The notes: generated by a model from the letters alone, not told the origin. DNA of 64,000 nt from Eubacteriales bacterium (GCA_045544735.1 JAZPZM010000077.1:971-64970), one strand, 5' to 3'; shown: positions 35,879-46,968, numbered from the stretch's first letter. A program made the numbers and translations.

Positions 35879-35926
35879 GTAGGGGCGAACTGTGTTCGCC
35901 CGCGGGTGACCGCAGCTCTCCCCTAC
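35879..35926. repeat. Nested GC-rich palindrome (REP-like element)
   Basis: Outer stem GTAGGGG...CCCCTAC, enclosing GGGCGAAC-tgt-GTTCGCCC. Confidence 0.5.
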
Positions 35927-35943
35927 GGATACACATATAACTT

Positions 35944-35980
35944 TCGGCAGAGCTGTTGTTTTCTCTGCCGATTTGTTTTA
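35944..35980 (+). terminator. Rho-independent terminator
   Basis: Stem TCGGCAGAG/CTCTGCCGA, followed by TTTGTTTTA. Confidence 0.7.
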
Positions 35981-36119
35981 TAATGAGACTAACAAAAAGC
36001 CTCCATCCCGGAAGGAGCCTATGAATGCACCCGTGCATCTTTAGGGGTATGGGCTTTGCCCGATGCGTTTGTAATACAAATGCGAAACTGGTGATAAATA
36101 AGAATTACGGAGCTATGCT

Positions 36120-36686
36120 ATGCACCACAAAGGAACCATTACAATAGAAACAAAGCGACTACGCTTAAGGGCTTTTAAATTAAGTGACACAGAAGCAGCA
36201 TACAAAAATTGGACTTCTGATGAAAAAGTCACGGAGTTTCTTCGTTGGCCAACACATACTGACATCTCAACAACGGAAAAAGTTATTTGTAATTGGGTTG
36301 AAGAAAGCAAAAAAGCGGATTTCTATCAATGGGCAATTGTGTTAAAGGAAATCAATGAACCGATCGGTACAATCAGCGTTGTAGGCAAAAATGACGATTT
36401 GAATATTTTGCATATTGGGTATTGTATTGGCAGTAAATGGTGGCACCAAGGTATAACAAGTGAAGCATTTTCTTCGATTATTCCTTTTTTGTTTGATGAA
36501 GTTGGGGCAAACAGAATCGAATCTCAACATGATCCAAACAATCCGCACTCGGGAAATGTCATGAAAAAATGCGGATTGCTATACGAAGGGACTTTAAGGC
36601 AAGCTGATTTCAGCAATAAAGGAATCGTGGATGCTTGTATGTATAGTTTACTAAAAAACGAATGGAAAAAACGGCAAGAGAAATAA
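36120..36686 (+). CDS. GNAT family N-acetyltransferase (RimJ/RimL-like)
   Basis: TIETKRLRLRAF, IGYCIGSKWWHQGITSEA, and RIESQHDPNNPHSGNVMKKCG. Confidence 0.85.
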   Translation: MHHKGTITIETKRLRLRAFKLSDTEAAYKNWTSDEKVTEFLRWPTHTDISTTEKVICNWVEESKKADFYQWAIVLKEINEPIGTISVVGKNDDLNILHIGYCIGSKWWHQGITSEAFSSIIPFLFDEVGANRIESQHDPNNPHSGNVMKKCGLLYEGTLRQADFSNKGIVDACMYSLLKNEWKKRQEK

Positions 36687-36792
36687 TTTTCAGTTGATTG
36701 ATGCGATCCCCCCGACAGACATTCAAAAATCTGTCGGGGGGATCATCCTTATGAGAAGATCGCTTTGCGGCGAGCTTTTTATTTACGTTTTA

Positions 36793-38190
36793 TTAGTATG
36801 CGATATATTTTTCGATATAAGCTTCAAGCTCGTCGATGGGAACGCGAACCTGCTGCATAGTATCTCTGTCGCGCACGGTTACGCACTTATCCTCAACGGA
36901 GTCAAAGTCGTAGGTGATGCAAAGAGGCGTTCCGATCTCATCCTGACGACGATATCTCTTACCGATAGAGCCCGTTTCGTCAAAGTCTACGCTGAACTTC
37001 TTGGAAAGCATGGTGTAGACCTCATCAGCCTCTGTGCTGAGCTTCTTCGAGAGAGGAAGAACGGCAGCCTTGAAGGGTGCAAGAGCGGGATGGAGGTGAA
37101 GAACTACGCGGATATCGTTCTTTTCGGCATCAATGACCTCCTCGTCGTAAGCGTCAACAAGGAACGCAAGAGCAACGCGGTCTGCACCGAGAGAGGGCTC
37201 GATAACGTAGGGAATGTACTTTTCGTTGGTCTCGGGATCGAAATACGTCATATCCTTGCCCGAATGCTCGGCATGCTGACCAAGGTCGTAGTCGGTACGG
37301 TCCGCAACACCCCAAAGCTCGCCCCAACCAAACGGGAACAGGAACACAAAGTCGGTAGTTGCCTTCGAATAGAAGCAAAGCTCCTCGGGGCTATGATCAC
37401 GGAGTCTGAGGTTTTCGTCCTTCATACCAAGATCAAGCAGGAACTGATGGCAGTAGTTCTTCCAGAATGCGAACCACTCAAGGTCGGTGCCGGGCTTGCA
37501 GAAGAATTCAAGCTCCATCTGCTCGAACTCGCGGGTTCTGAATACGAAGTTACCGGGGGTTATCTCGTTTCTGAAAGATTTACCGATCTGACAAACGCCG
37601 AAGGGGAGCTTCTTTCTCGTGGAGCGTTGAACTGCGGGGAAATTAACGAAAATACCCTGCGCGGTTTCGGGGCGGAGATAAAGCTCGGTGGTAGAATCCT
37701 CGGTAACACCCTGATAAGTCTTGAACATCAGGTTGAACTTTTTAATATCGGTGAACTCCTTGCATCCGCAATCGGGGCAAGCGATCTCTTTTTCCTTGAT
37801 GTAGGCTGCCATCTCGTCAAAGGTCCAGCCCGCAGGATTGTCGTCAAGTCCGTTTGCAAACGCATATTCCTCAATAAGCTTATCGGCTCTATGACGAGTC
37901 TTGCACTCCTTGCAATCCATAAGGGGATCGGAGAAGCCGCCAACGTGACCCGAAGCTACCCAAGTTTCAGGATTCATTATGATAGCGCAGTCAAGACCTA
38001 CGTTATACTTGCACTCCTGAACGAATTTCTTCCACCACGCCTTTTTTACGTTGTTCTTGAACTCAACACCGAGAGGTCCGTAGTCCCAAGAATTTGCAAG
38101 TCCGCCGTAAATTTCGGAGCCGGGGAAAATGAAGCCGCGATTCTTACACAGAGCGACTATTTTGTCCATTGTTTTTGCTTTGTTGTCCAT
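36793..38190 (-). CDS. glyQS: Glycine--tRNA ligase (class II, GlyQS type)
   Basis: 465 aa. [21 protein letters not shown], and [21 protein letters not shown]. Confidence 0.95.
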   Translation of the reverse strand: MDNKAKTMDKIVALCKNRGFIFPGSEIYGGLANSWDYGPLGVEFKNNVKKAWWKKFVQECKYNVGLDCAIIMNPETWVASGHVGGFSDPLMDCKECKTRHRADKLIEEYAFANGLDDNPAGWTFDEMAAYIKEKEIACPDCGCKEFTDIKKFNLMFKTYQGVTEDSTTELYLRPETAQGIFVNFPAVQRSTRKKLPFGVCQIGKSFRNEITPGNFVFRTREFEQMELEFFCKPGTDLEWFAFWKNYCHQFLLDLGMKDENLRLRDHSPEELCFYSKATTDFVFLFPFGWGELWGVADRTDYDLGQHAEHSGKDMTYFDPETNEKYIPYVIEPSLGADRVALAFLVDAYDEEVIDAEKNDIRVVLHLHPALAPFKAAVLPLSKKLSTEADEVYTMLSKKFSVDFDETGSIGKRYRRQDEIGTPLCITYDFDSVEDKCVTVRDRDTMQQVRVPIDELEAYIEKYIAY

Positions 38191-38205
38191 TTTTCAATAT
38201 CCTTT

Positions 38206-39354
38206 TTAATTATATATTTTTCTGAAATTTGAAAATGCTCTTATCGCATCATCGTCGTTGATTATGGTGAGAACCTTGTTTCCAACCATCTTCTTGGTGG
38301 TAGGAACGTTTATCTCGATCTGCGACGTGGAGTACTTGAACATCATATCAATGTTTTCAAGTAGTTTTTCCGCGGTAAAATCGGTATCGCAATTATCGAT
38401 AAGCTTGACGATGCTTTTAGGAGCGGAAGCGTAGTTAATAATGTTCGTGTACTGAGAATACATTTCCCTGACGTACCTTATGGCCGTCGTCGACTGCGTG
38501 TTTATTGCATCGTTATACGCATCAAACACAAGAAGGTTCAAAGCCCCCGCGCCGTCAAGCAACCGTCTGCCCATAGCCAAGCTGATATAAAGGTCGCGCC
38601 CCGGATCGTTCAGGTAAAGATTTGTTGGAACGGTACAACTGACACCTCCCGGCAAAAGCGCGTCCTGAAGCTGTGGGAAAGTCTCAAACGAGGTGAGGAT
38701 GTAGTTGTCAATGCTTACACCCGTCAACGCATGAATACGGTCTATCAAGAATCGCATTCCGTGTTTGGCATAAACGTCAGCAAGCTGAACGTAGACGCCC
38801 TCAACCATAACGTATGCGTTCGTTGGGAAGATCGTGAAGCTCGTATGCCCTCGCTCCTTGTCGATACGCATAAGGATTATCGTTGTGGCGTTTATCTCGC
38901 GGTATGGAACCTCATAAAAGCCGTCCTTGAAGATGAGCGAGCCGTCATCAGCAACGTGATAGTTTGAGTAGTCAACGGTCAGGTCCGACATCACCGAGAG
39001 CTTTGCGGGTTTCGCAAGGTCCTTCGGAATGGACGGCGACGGGACTATCTTTTCTATACCGTAAAGACGCTTTAACACCTCGGGGTCATAGTTTGAATAC
39101 GTTGACGGGCGATAGTCGGTCAACACCATCAGCACGTTGGTGGACGTGCCACCGTCGCCGTAAAACGACGGAACACCGGGCTGATCGTTGTCGCCTTGCG
39201 GATCGTCTGCGGAAGGTTTGTTAGCTTCTCCCCCTTCAACGTACGTTTCCGAAAGGTTTATAACGATAAAGTGAGCAATGGGGTATGCAACGAAAATAAA
39301 AACAAAGATCGCAATAATAAAAGTCAGAAAGAAGTTTTTAACGGCAGAAATCAT
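38206..39354 (-). CDS. LCP (LytR-CpsA-Psr) family protein, divergent
   Basis: An N-terminal TM anchor, then MRIDKERGHTSFTIFPTNAYV...ADVYAKHG...LTGVSIDNYILTSFETF, which resembles the LCP core. Confidence 0.55.
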   Translation of the reverse strand: MISAVKNFFLTFIIAIFVFIFVAYPIAHFIVINLSETYVEGGEANKPSADDPQGDNDQPGVPSFYGDGGTSTNVLMVLTDYRPSTYSNYDPEVLKRLYGIEKIVPSPSIPKDLAKPAKLSVMSDLTVDYSNYHVADDGSLIFKDGFYEVPYREINATTIILMRIDKERGHTSFTIFPTNAYVMVEGVYVQLADVYAKHGMRFLIDRIHALTGVSIDNYILTSFETFPQLQDALLPGGVSCTVPTNLYLNDPGRDLYISLAMGRRLLDGAGALNLLVFDAYNDAINTQSTTAIRYVREMYSQYTNIINYASAPKSIVKLIDNCDTDFTAEKLLENIDMMFKYSTSQIEINVPTTKKMVGNKVLTIINDDDAIRAFSNFRKIYN

Positions 39355-39446
39355 ATCTATATCTCCTTTCCTAAAATTTCAACATGGATATTATATAACA
39401 AAAATTATAAAATAGCAATAGAAATAAGTAAATTAGATATTAATTA

Positions 39447-40589
39447 TCAGTTAACCGAACGTTCACCGAGTATATTTCTGTACTTATTATAAAATTCCTC
39501 GTATCTTCCCTCGTCAAGGGCCTCGCGTATCTTCTCCATAAGCTCGTTATAGAAATAGAGATTGTGAAGCACCGCAAGGCGCATTCCGAGGTTTTCCTTA
39601 GCCTTAAGAAGATGTCTGATATACGCGCGGCTGTGATTGCGGCACGCGGGACATCCGCAATTTTCGTCTATGGGACGATCGTCAAGGGCGTATTTTTCAT
39701 TGAGAATATTGACCTTTCCGTGCCAAGTAAAGAGGTTGCCGTGGCGAGCGTTGCGGCTGGGCATAACGCAGTCAAAGAAGTCCACTCCGCGATATACCGC
39801 CTCAATGAGATTGAGCGGAGTACCAACGCCCATAAGGTATCTCGGCTTGTCCTTGGGCATATACGGCTCAACCGCATCGATGATGCGGTACATATCCTCG
39901 GTAGCCTCACCGACGGCAAGACCGCCTATCGCGTATCCGTCAAGGTCATATTCCGCAATCTGCTTCATGTGCTCGATACGAAGATCCTCGTAGGTGCTAC
40001 CCTGATTTATACCGAAAAGGAGCTGGTGAGGATTTATGGTATCAGGCAGAGCCTTAAGTCTTGCCATTTCTGCCTTGCATCTGAGAAGCCAGCGTGACGT
40101 TCTCTCGCAGGATTGCTTTACGTATTCGTAGGGAGCGGGATTTTCAATGCACTCATCAAACGCCATAGCGATGGTTGAAGCGAGGTTTGCCTGTATCTGC
40201 ATACTTTCCTCGGGTCCCATAAAAATACGCTTGCCGTCGATATGAGAGGCGAATTTAACGCCTTCCTCGGTTATTTTTCTGAGCTGGGAGAGTGAGAAAA
40301 CCTGAAATCCGCCGCTATCCGTAAGGATCGGGCCCTTCCAGTTCATAAACTTATGCAGACCGCCGAGATCGTGTATGAGCTTATCGCCCGGACGAATGTG
40401 CAGGTGATAAGTATTGGAAAGCTCGACCTGACAATTTACGTCAATAAGGTCGATGGCAGAAATGCCGCCCTTTATTGCGGCACAAGTGCCAACGTTCATA
40501 AAAACGGGAGTCTGTATGTCTCCGTGTACCGTGTGGAGAACGGCGCGTCTTGCGCGGCCCTCGGTTAAAATCAATTCAAACATTTTCAA
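39447..40589 (-). CDS. tgt: Queuine tRNA-ribosyltransferase
   Basis: TPVFMNVGT, ILTDSGGFQVFS, GLAVGE, and zinc site CGCPAC..HSRAYIRHL. Confidence 0.95.
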   Translation of the reverse strand: MKMFELILTEGRARRAVLHTVHGDIQTPVFMNVGTCAAIKGGISAIDLIDVNCQVELSNTYHLHIRPGDKLIHDLGGLHKFMNWKGPILTDSGGFQVFSLSQLRKITEEGVKFASHIDGKRIFMGPEESMQIQANLASTIAMAFDECIENPAPYEYVKQSCERTSRWLLRCKAEMARLKALPDTINPHQLLFGINQGSTYEDLRIEHMKQIAEYDLDGYAIGGLAVGEATEDMYRIIDAVEPYMPKDKPRYLMGVGTPLNLIEAVYRGVDFFDCVMPSRNARHGNLFTWHGKVNILNEKYALDDRPIDENCGCPACRNHSRAYIRHLLKAKENLGMRLAVLHNLYFYNELMEKIREALDEGRYEEFYNKYRNILGERSVN

Positions 40590-42487
40590 CTTCTCTTAAA
40601 TCTATGATTTAGTTCGTTGCGGCTGATCTCAAATGCAACGGGTCTGCCGTGGGGACAGTAAGTAATTTCGGGGTTTTCAAAAAGATCCTTTACGAGCTTT
40701 TCGATATATTCCTGCGGGTAGACGCGCCCCGCCTTTATGGATGCCTTGCACGATGCCTGATAAAGTGCCTTTTCGAATACTTCGTCGGCGTTTATCGATA
40801 CACATCCCGTGCTGTTTTTTATTGCATCGGCAAAGCCCTCAAACATCGAAGGAACGTCGTTTTGCGGTATTCCCGTGGGAATTTCGCTTACGTAAACCGT
40901 GTTTTTAGTGGTTTTGAATTCAAAGCCCACACCCTCAATGCTTCGGCGGTACTCCTCTATCGCGGCAACCTCGTCACTCATCAGCATTATTTCAATGGGA
41001 ACTGCGATCTGCTGTGAGGTGCGCTCCGTGGAGTACAAAAGCTTTTTCATTTTCTCAAAATTGAGTCTTTCGTGCGCCGCGTGCTTGTCAATGACGAGCA
41101 TCGAGGACTCCTTTTCTACGATAATGTACGAATTAAAAAGCTCACCGACTATTCTGTATGAAATGTTGGGGATAATGGGCGCGACGGGTAGCTTTTCGGG
41201 TTCAGCCTTCGGCTCTTTTTCGACAATATTAACGAGTTTCGCTTCTTTTTCAGCAATATTAACGCTTGCGCGAAGGGGGCTATCATTTGCCGCAGGTGTT
41301 GGCTGAGCTTGCGATCTCGGCGCTACGGTCGGCACAGGCTCGGTGTAAGCCTCCGTAATATTTATCTGCGCGTGCGGCTTTAGCGCGCCCTCAAGTCTTT
41401 TATCACGAACGGGAACGAACGCCGAGCTCACTCGGAAATTTGCACCGCCCGCAAAATTCATTTTAGTGCCACCGCTAAGCTCAAGCTCGGGGCGCTGTTG
41501 GTTCTCTTGGAGCGCCGACCTTACGGCGTGGTAAACGCTATCAAATACCGGGCGCTCGTTGGAAAACTTGACCTCAAGCTTTGAAGGGTGAACGTTAACG
41601 TCGACAACGCTCGGAGAAAGCGTTATGTTTAATATACAGCCGGGGAATTTATCAGGCGGTATATAAGAGGAATACGCTTGCTCAATAGCAGCAGTAGCAG
41701 TTTTGGTTTTGATGTATCGACCGTTTATAAAGAAATTCTGATAATTTCTGTTAGCTCTCGGCGCGTCGGGTGACGTAATGAAGCCGCTTATCTCCACCCC
41801 GTCCATTGAAGCTTTGACGGGTAGTGTTTTTGCGGCAAAATCCTTGCCGTAAACAGATCTTACAACTCCCGCAAGCTTGCCGTCTCCCGCGGTTTCAAGC
41901 TTCACCGAACCGTCCGAAATAAGCCTGAATGCTATTTCGGGGTGCGAGAGGGCGATTTTTTCAACAACCGTCGAAACCGCCATTGCCTCGGTTTGATCTC
42001 TTTTTAAGAATTTAAGGCGCGCGGGAACGTTGGCAAAAAGATTTTCGACTATTATAGTCGTGCCGTCCGTCGCCCCTCGTTCCGTGATCTCGCCCGTTCT
42101 TCCCGAATTTATCTCAAGCATCGCGCCAAGTGCGGCGTCTTTCGTCTTTGAAATAATTCTCACGTCGGCAACGGAGCAAATCGCGGCAAGCGCCTCGCCG
42201 CGAAAACCGAGAGTGATGATTCCGTCAAGGTCTTTTGCGGTTTTTATTTTGCTCGTCGCGTGTCTTTTGACGGCAACGGGCAAGTCTTCGGGCGACATAC
42301 CGCAACCGTTGTCGGTAACGCGCATCAGCATAATACCGCCGCGCTGTATTTCAACGGTGATTCGGTCAGCGCCCGAGTCTATGGAGTTTTCGACAAGCTC
42401 CTTGATTACGGAGGCAGGGCGGTCGACTACTTCGCCCGCGGCTATTAAATTGGCAACCTCGAAGCTTAAAACGTTTATCTTTCCCAT
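40586..42487 (-). CDS. mutL: DNA mismatch repair protein MutL
   Basis: IAAGEVVDRPASVIKELVENSIDSGA, GFRGEAL, and C-terminal CPHGRP. Confidence 0.95.
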   Translation of the reverse strand: MGKINVLSFEVANLIAAGEVVDRPASVIKELVENSIDSGADRITVEIQRGGIMLMRVTDNGCGMSPEDLPVAVKRHATSKIKTAKDLDGIITLGFRGEALAAICSVADVRIISKTKDAALGAMLEINSGRTGEITERGATDGTTIIVENLFANVPARLKFLKRDQTEAMAVSTVVEKIALSHPEIAFRLISDGSVKLETAGDGKLAGVVRSVYGKDFAAKTLPVKASMDGVEISGFITSPDAPRANRNYQNFFINGRYIKTKTATAAIEQAYSSYIPPDKFPGCILNITLSPSVVDVNVHPSKLEVKFSNERPVFDSVYHAVRSALQENQQRPELELSGGTKMNFAGGANFRVSSAFVPVRDKRLEGALKPHAQINITEAYTEPVPTVAPRSQAQPTPAANDSPLRASVNIAEKEAKLVNIVEKEPKAEPEKLPVAPIIPNISYRIVGELFNSYIIVEKESSMLVIDKHAAHERLNFEKMKKLLYSTERTSQQIAVPIEIMLMSDEVAAIEEYRRSIEGVGFEFKTTKNTVYVSEIPTGIPQNDVPSMFEGFADAIKNSTGCVSINADEVFEKALYQASCKASIKAGRVYPQEYIEKLVKDLFENPEITYCPHGRPVAFEISRNELNHRFKRS

Positions 42488-42506
42488 TCCCCGACTCCTT
42501 TCCTTG

Positions 42507-45098
42507 TTATTTTAGTCTTTTTTGAAGCTCGTAAAGCAGATTGAGTGCCTCGAACGGCGACATATTGTTAACATCCGCGGCTCTTATATCGTCAATTATT
42601 CTATCGTTTATGCAATCGTCAACTGTGATAAGGGTATCGTCCTCTTGCTTTTCGACAGCGCCGAGAACGTTTGCCGCTCTTGAACGCGCCTCAACATCCG
42701 CCAGAACCTCGCGAGCGCGCTTGATGACCTCGGAAGGAATTCCCGCAAGCTTTGCAACCTCGATGCCGTAGCTGTCGTCGGTCGAGCCGGGGACTATTTT
42801 GCGCAGGAAAACGATGCCGTCGCCGCGCTTTCTTGCAGCTATGTTGTAATTCACTATACCCTCAAATTCATCGGCTATCGACGTAAGCTCGTGGTAGTGA
42901 GTTGCAAACATAGTCTTTGCGCCTACCTTACGGCTTTGCGTATATTCAAGGATAGCCCTCGCTATGCTCATTCCATCGAAAGTTGACGTTCCCCTGCCGA
43001 CTTCATCGTAAATGATGAAGCTGTTTTTGGTAGCAGAACGAAGGATGGTCGCAACCTCCGACATTTCAAGCATAAACGTGGATTGTCCCGATGCGAGATC
43101 GTCCGATGCACCAACGCGCGTAAATACGCGGTCAACTATGCACATATCCGCGGACGCGGCGGGAACGAACGAGCCGATCTGCGTCATAATGACCATAAGC
43201 GCGACCTGACGCATATAGGTGGATTTACCCGCCATATTGGGACCCGTGATTATCATCACGCGGTTATTTTTCATATCAAGATGCGTGTCGTTTGGAACGA
43301 AATACGCATCCTTGACGAATTTTTCGACAACGGGATGCCGTCCGTCCCTTATGTCGAACATATTTTTATCGTTAAGCGACGGGCAAACGTAGTTATTCTT
43401 TGCCGCAACGGATGCAAGCGAGCAATAAACGTCAAGCCTTGCAAGGCAAGCCGTGACCGTTCTTATTCTCGCCGCCGCTTCTGCCGTAAGATTCCTTACG
43501 CCGCAAAAAATATCGTATTCAAGCGCGGAGAGCTTGTCCGAAGCACCGAGAACGGTAGACTCAAGCTCCTTTAGCTCCTCCGTGATATATCGCTCGCCGT
43601 TCGTTAGCGTCTGCTTTCTGATGTATCGGTCGGGCACCATATCAACGAAGCTCTTGCTGACCTCGATGTAATAGCCAAACACTCTATTGTAGCCGACCTT
43701 GAGAGTCTTTATGCCCGTGGCTTCCTTCTCTCTGTCCGCTATTTTTTGTATCCAGCCCTTGCCGCCGCTTACTATCTCGCGGAGCTTATCAACTTCTTCG
43801 TTGTAGCCCGCTCGGATCATACCGCCCTCTCTTACGCTGAACGGAGGGTTTTCGTCCGTTATCGCCGCGTCGATGGCATCACGCACGTCCGCAAGGGGAT
43901 CAAGGCTTTCGCGCAGCGCCTTCAGCTCGTCTCCCTCGCACGCTGACAAAAGCTCTCTGATAGAAGGGATAAGCGAAAGCGTTGAGCAAATCGAGCGAAG
44001 GTCGCGCGCATTTGCGCTTCCGTATATCACCTTGGTTACAAGTCTGTCCATATCAAGAACGCCCGACAAGAGATCCGTCAGGTCCTCTCTTAATATGTAA
44101 TTATCGAAAAGCTCGCCCACGGCACTCTGCCGCCTCGTTATCATTGCGAGATTGAGAAGCGGACGCTCTATCCATTGGCGGAGCATACGCTTGCCCGGCG
44201 CGGTTTTCGTTTTATCAAGCACCCAAAGCAGACTTCCCTTTTTATCCTTTGAGCGCATGGTCTCGGTAAGCTCAAGATTGCGCCTTGTGGCAACGTCGAG
44301 CTGCATATACTGACCGCTTTCGTAAATATTGAGGTCACGCATATACGAAATATCGGTCTTTTGAGTAAGAGCTATGTACTCAATAAGTCCGCCGAGCGCA
44401 CAGATAAGCTCGCGCTTTTCCTTGTCGTTGCTTCTTATTGCATCGGCAAACTGAAGCTCCACGCGCGAGAGTGCCTCGGAATACTCAAAGCTCTCTCCTC
44501 TGCCGTCTTCAAGCATCGCGTTAAGCCTTGAACGGATAAACGCGGAAAGTTCGGGAACGCTTGAAGCGCTTACGTTTATAAGCACCTCGCTCGGTGAATA
44601 CGTGGCAAGCTCATTAAGAAGGTCGGCGGTACAATCTGCGCCGATAAAATCGGTGGCAAATATCTGCGCCGTTGAAATATCGGCAAAGCATATACCGCTT
44701 CCGTGCTCGGAAATACATATAGAGCAAAGGTAGTTGTTCTTTGCTTCGTTGAGCATTTCAGCTTCTCTTACCGTACCCGGAGTTATCAAGCGGATAACGT
44801 CGCGCTTGACAAGCGTTTTGGTCTTTGACGGGTCCTCTATCTGCTCGCAAATAGCTACCTTGTAGCCTTTTTCAATAAGCTTTGCAATATAGCCGTCCGC
44901 GCTGTGGAATGGAACTCCGCACATAGGTGCGCGCTCCTTTTCTCCGCAATCTCTGCCCGTCAAGGTAAGCTCCAGCTCTCTTGACGCCGTTATGGCGTCG
45001 TCAAAAAACATCTCGTAAAAATCTCCGAGACGGTAGAAAAGCAAACAGTCCTTGTATTGATTTTTGATTTCAAAGTATTGCTCCATCATTGGAGTCAT
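42507..45098 (-). CDS. mutS: DNA mismatch repair protein MutS
   Basis: TPMMEQYFEIK...FYRLGDFYEMF, Walker A GPNMAGKST, and DEVGRGTST. Confidence 0.96.
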   Translation of the reverse strand: MTPMMEQYFEIKNQYKDCLLFYRLGDFYEMFFDDAITASRELELTLTGRDCGEKERAPMCGVPFHSADGYIAKLIEKGYKVAICEQIEDPSKTKTLVKRDVIRLITPGTVREAEMLNEAKNNYLCSICISEHGSGICFADISTAQIFATDFIGADCTADLLNELATYSPSEVLINVSASSVPELSAFIRSRLNAMLEDGRGESFEYSEALSRVELQFADAIRSNDKEKRELICALGGLIEYIALTQKTDISYMRDLNIYESGQYMQLDVATRRNLELTETMRSKDKKGSLLWVLDKTKTAPGKRMLRQWIERPLLNLAMITRRQSAVGELFDNYILREDLTDLLSGVLDMDRLVTKVIYGSANARDLRSICSTLSLIPSIRELLSACEGDELKALRESLDPLADVRDAIDAAITDENPPFSVREGGMIRAGYNEEVDKLREIVSGGKGWIQKIADREKEATGIKTLKVGYNRVFGYYIEVSKSFVDMVPDRYIRKQTLTNGERYITEELKELESTVLGASDKLSALEYDIFCGVRNLTAEAAARIRTVTACLARLDVYCSLASVAAKNNYVCPSLNDKNMFDIRDGRHPVVEKFVKDAYFVPNDTHLDMKNNRVMIITGPNMAGKSTYMRQVALMVIMTQIGSFVPAASADMCIVDRVFTRVGASDDLASGQSTFMLEMSEVATILRSATKNSFIIYDEVGRGTSTFDGMSIARAILEYTQSRKVGAKTMFATHYHELTSIADEFEGIVNYNIAARKRGDGIVFLRKIVPGSTDDSYGIEVAKLAGIPSEVIKRAREVLADVEARSRAANVLGAVEKQEDDTLITVDDCINDRIIDDIRAADVNNMSPFEALNLLYELQKRLK

Positions 45099-45133
45099 GG
45101 CATTGCCCTCCTTCCTCTCGGAAAATCAATTTA

Positions 45134-45532
45134 TCAGTGGCAGCCCGAGCAGGTACTGCAATCGTGTGTGCAGCCGCCATTGGGGTCCTCACCCGTTACG
45201 ACCTGCATGATCTTGTTGTTTACTTCGGTAAGAAGTCCACGTACCGCATCCTGCTTTTGAGAAAACTCAACCAAGGTCTCGGCAGCGGTGATGGTTTCGT
45301 AAAGAGCGTAAAGTCTTTTCTGAATGCTCTCAACGAGAAATTCGTTTACGGGGTTCTTGGCGGTTTCCTCAGCGAGAACCTGCTGCTGAATGGAATACTC
45401 GCGTATCTTGGTCTGAAGAGCCTCGTCGGTAGAATACTTCTTTTCTGCCTCCTCGTAAGCCTTCATAAGCTCGCTGTCCTTGATAGCCTCGCCGACCTTT
45501 TCGGCAAGAGCGATGATTTCTGTTCTTTCCAT
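45134..45532 (-). CDS. YlbF/YmcA family protein with Cys-rich C-terminal tail
   Basis: AGGAG lies 9 nt before ATG 45532 (MERTEII). The helical body is YlbF-like. The tail is GGCTHDCSTCSGCH. Confidence 0.7.
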   Translation of the reverse strand: MERTEIIALAEKVGEAIKDSELMKAYEEAEKKYSTDEALQTKIREYSIQQQVLAEETAKNPVNEFLVESIQKRLYALYETITAAETLVEFSQKQDAVRGLLTEVNNKIMQVVTGEDPNGGCTHDCSTCSGCH

Positions 45533-45552
45533 GGTTTTTATCTCCTGATTTT

Positions 45553-46968
45553 TCAATATTTTTCTCCGTACATCACAAATGGATGCGTTTCGGTGATTTT
45601 TACGTTTACGTATTTGCCCTCAAGGCTGCTATCACCCTTGAAAAGCACTATTTTATTCCCTTCGGTTCTGCCCTCAAGCATACCGTCGTTGTTTTTGCTT
45701 GTGCCGTAGCAAAGCACTCTTTGCTCTGTGCCAAGCAGCTCGGCATTCTTTTCCTCGGCGATCTGCGTTTGCAGTTCAAGAAGTCGACGAAGTCGCTCGC
45801 CCTTTACGTCCTCGGCTATCTGATCCGCCATTTCTGCGGCGGGCGTGCCCGTGCGAGGCGAGTATATAAAGGAATACACCATATCGTATCTTACGCGGCG
45901 TAGCACGTCAAGCGTTGCCTCAAAATCCTCCTCCGTCTCGCCCGGAAAGCCGACGATTATATCGGACGTAAGCGTTACGTCGGGCATTTTTTCGCGGATA
46001 TATCCTACGGTATCGAGATACTTTTCTACCGTATATCCTCGATTCATAGCTTTGAGTATGGAGTTGCTTCCCGATTGAAGCGGCAGATGGAACTGCTTTG
46101 CAATATGCTCCGACGACGCCATAACGTCAACAAGCTCGCGCGTGGCGTCCTTCGGGTGGCTCGTCATAAAACGCAGCTTATAATCCCCCTCAACCGAGGA
46201 AAGACGGCGCAGAAGCTCTGCAAAATTACAATCAAAGGTACATTTCTGTCCGTAAGAATTAACGTTTTGTCCGAGCAGGGTTATGTCGCGATATCCGCCC
46301 TTTACAAGAGCGCGAAACTCGTCCTCGATAACGCGCGGATCGCGGCTTCGCTCCCTGCCGCGGACGTAAGGAACTATACAATACGAGCAAAAATTATTGC
46401 ATCCGTACATTACGCTGAGCCACGCGCGATAACGCGAGGAGCGCGACGGAGCAACGCCCTCGGCGATCGGAGGCTCGTCCGTCGGAAGAAGAAAATCGCG
46501 TTTGCCGCCCTCCAGCCTTTTGACAAGGAGTTCGGGAAATTTATAAAGCTCCGACGTGCCGAAGGTGAAGTCGACGTAGGGATATTTCATTTTTATCTCG
46601 TCGGCGCGGTGCTTTTGCGAAACCATACAACCGCACACGGCGATAACGAGCGAGGGCTTATTCTTTTTGCAATGTTTATACTGACCGACGACGGAAAGAG
46701 CCTTTTTCTCGGCGTGCTCTCGCACGGCGCAAGTGTTGACCACGATAAGATCGGCAACGTCGGGAGAATCGGTGAGTGAATATCCCATAAGCGCCGACAT
46801 TCCCGCGATGCTCTCGGCATCCGCCTCGTTTTGCTGACATCCGAAGGTGTTTATAAATATTTTCAGTGCTTTGTCTGAATTGAGGGAACGCACCTTAGCA
46901 ATACAAGCGTCTCGCCTTGCCGCCTCCTGTGCGCTGATAACTCTGTTTCTGTAATTCATTTTTGACAA
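45553..46968 (-). CDS. miaB: tRNA-i6A37 methylthiotransferase MiaB
   Basis: TFGCQQNEADAE, radical-SAM CNNFCSYCIVP, and a TRAM C-terminus. Confidence 0.93.
   Translation of the reverse strand: MSKMNYRNRVISAQEAARRDACIAKVRSLNSDKALKIFINTFGCQQNEADAESIAGMSALMGYSLTDSPDVADLIVVNTCAVREHAEKKALSVVGQYKHCKKNKPSLVIAVCGCMVSQKHRADEIKMKYPYVDFTFGTSELYKFPELLVKRLEGGKRDFLLPTDEPPIAEGVAPSRSSRYRAWLSVMYGCNNFCSYCIVPYVRGRERSRDPRVIEDEFRALVKGGYRDITLLGQNVNSYGQKCTFDCNFAELLRRLSSVEGDYKLRFMTSHPKDATRELVDVMASSEHIAKQFHLPLQSGSNSILKAMNRGYTVEKYLDTVGYIREKMPDVTLTSDIIVGFPGETEEDFEATLDVLRRVRYDMVYSFIYSPRTGTPAAEMADQIAEDVKGERLRRLLELQTQIAEEKNAELLGTEQRVLCYGTSKNNDGMLEGRTEGNKIVLFKGDSSLEGKYVNVKITETHPFVMYGEKY

Noticed and set aside
35796-36038. 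80-aa - strand ORF spanning the REP-like palindrome.
   Set aside because: It is generated by the GC-rich palindrome and terminator sequence. There is no RBS and it lies between two well-defined genes.
38191-38205. Expected T-box leader upstream of glyQS.
   Set aside because: Only 15 nt separate glyQS from the upstream LCP-family gene, so there is no room for a T-box. The gene appears to be co-transcribed instead.
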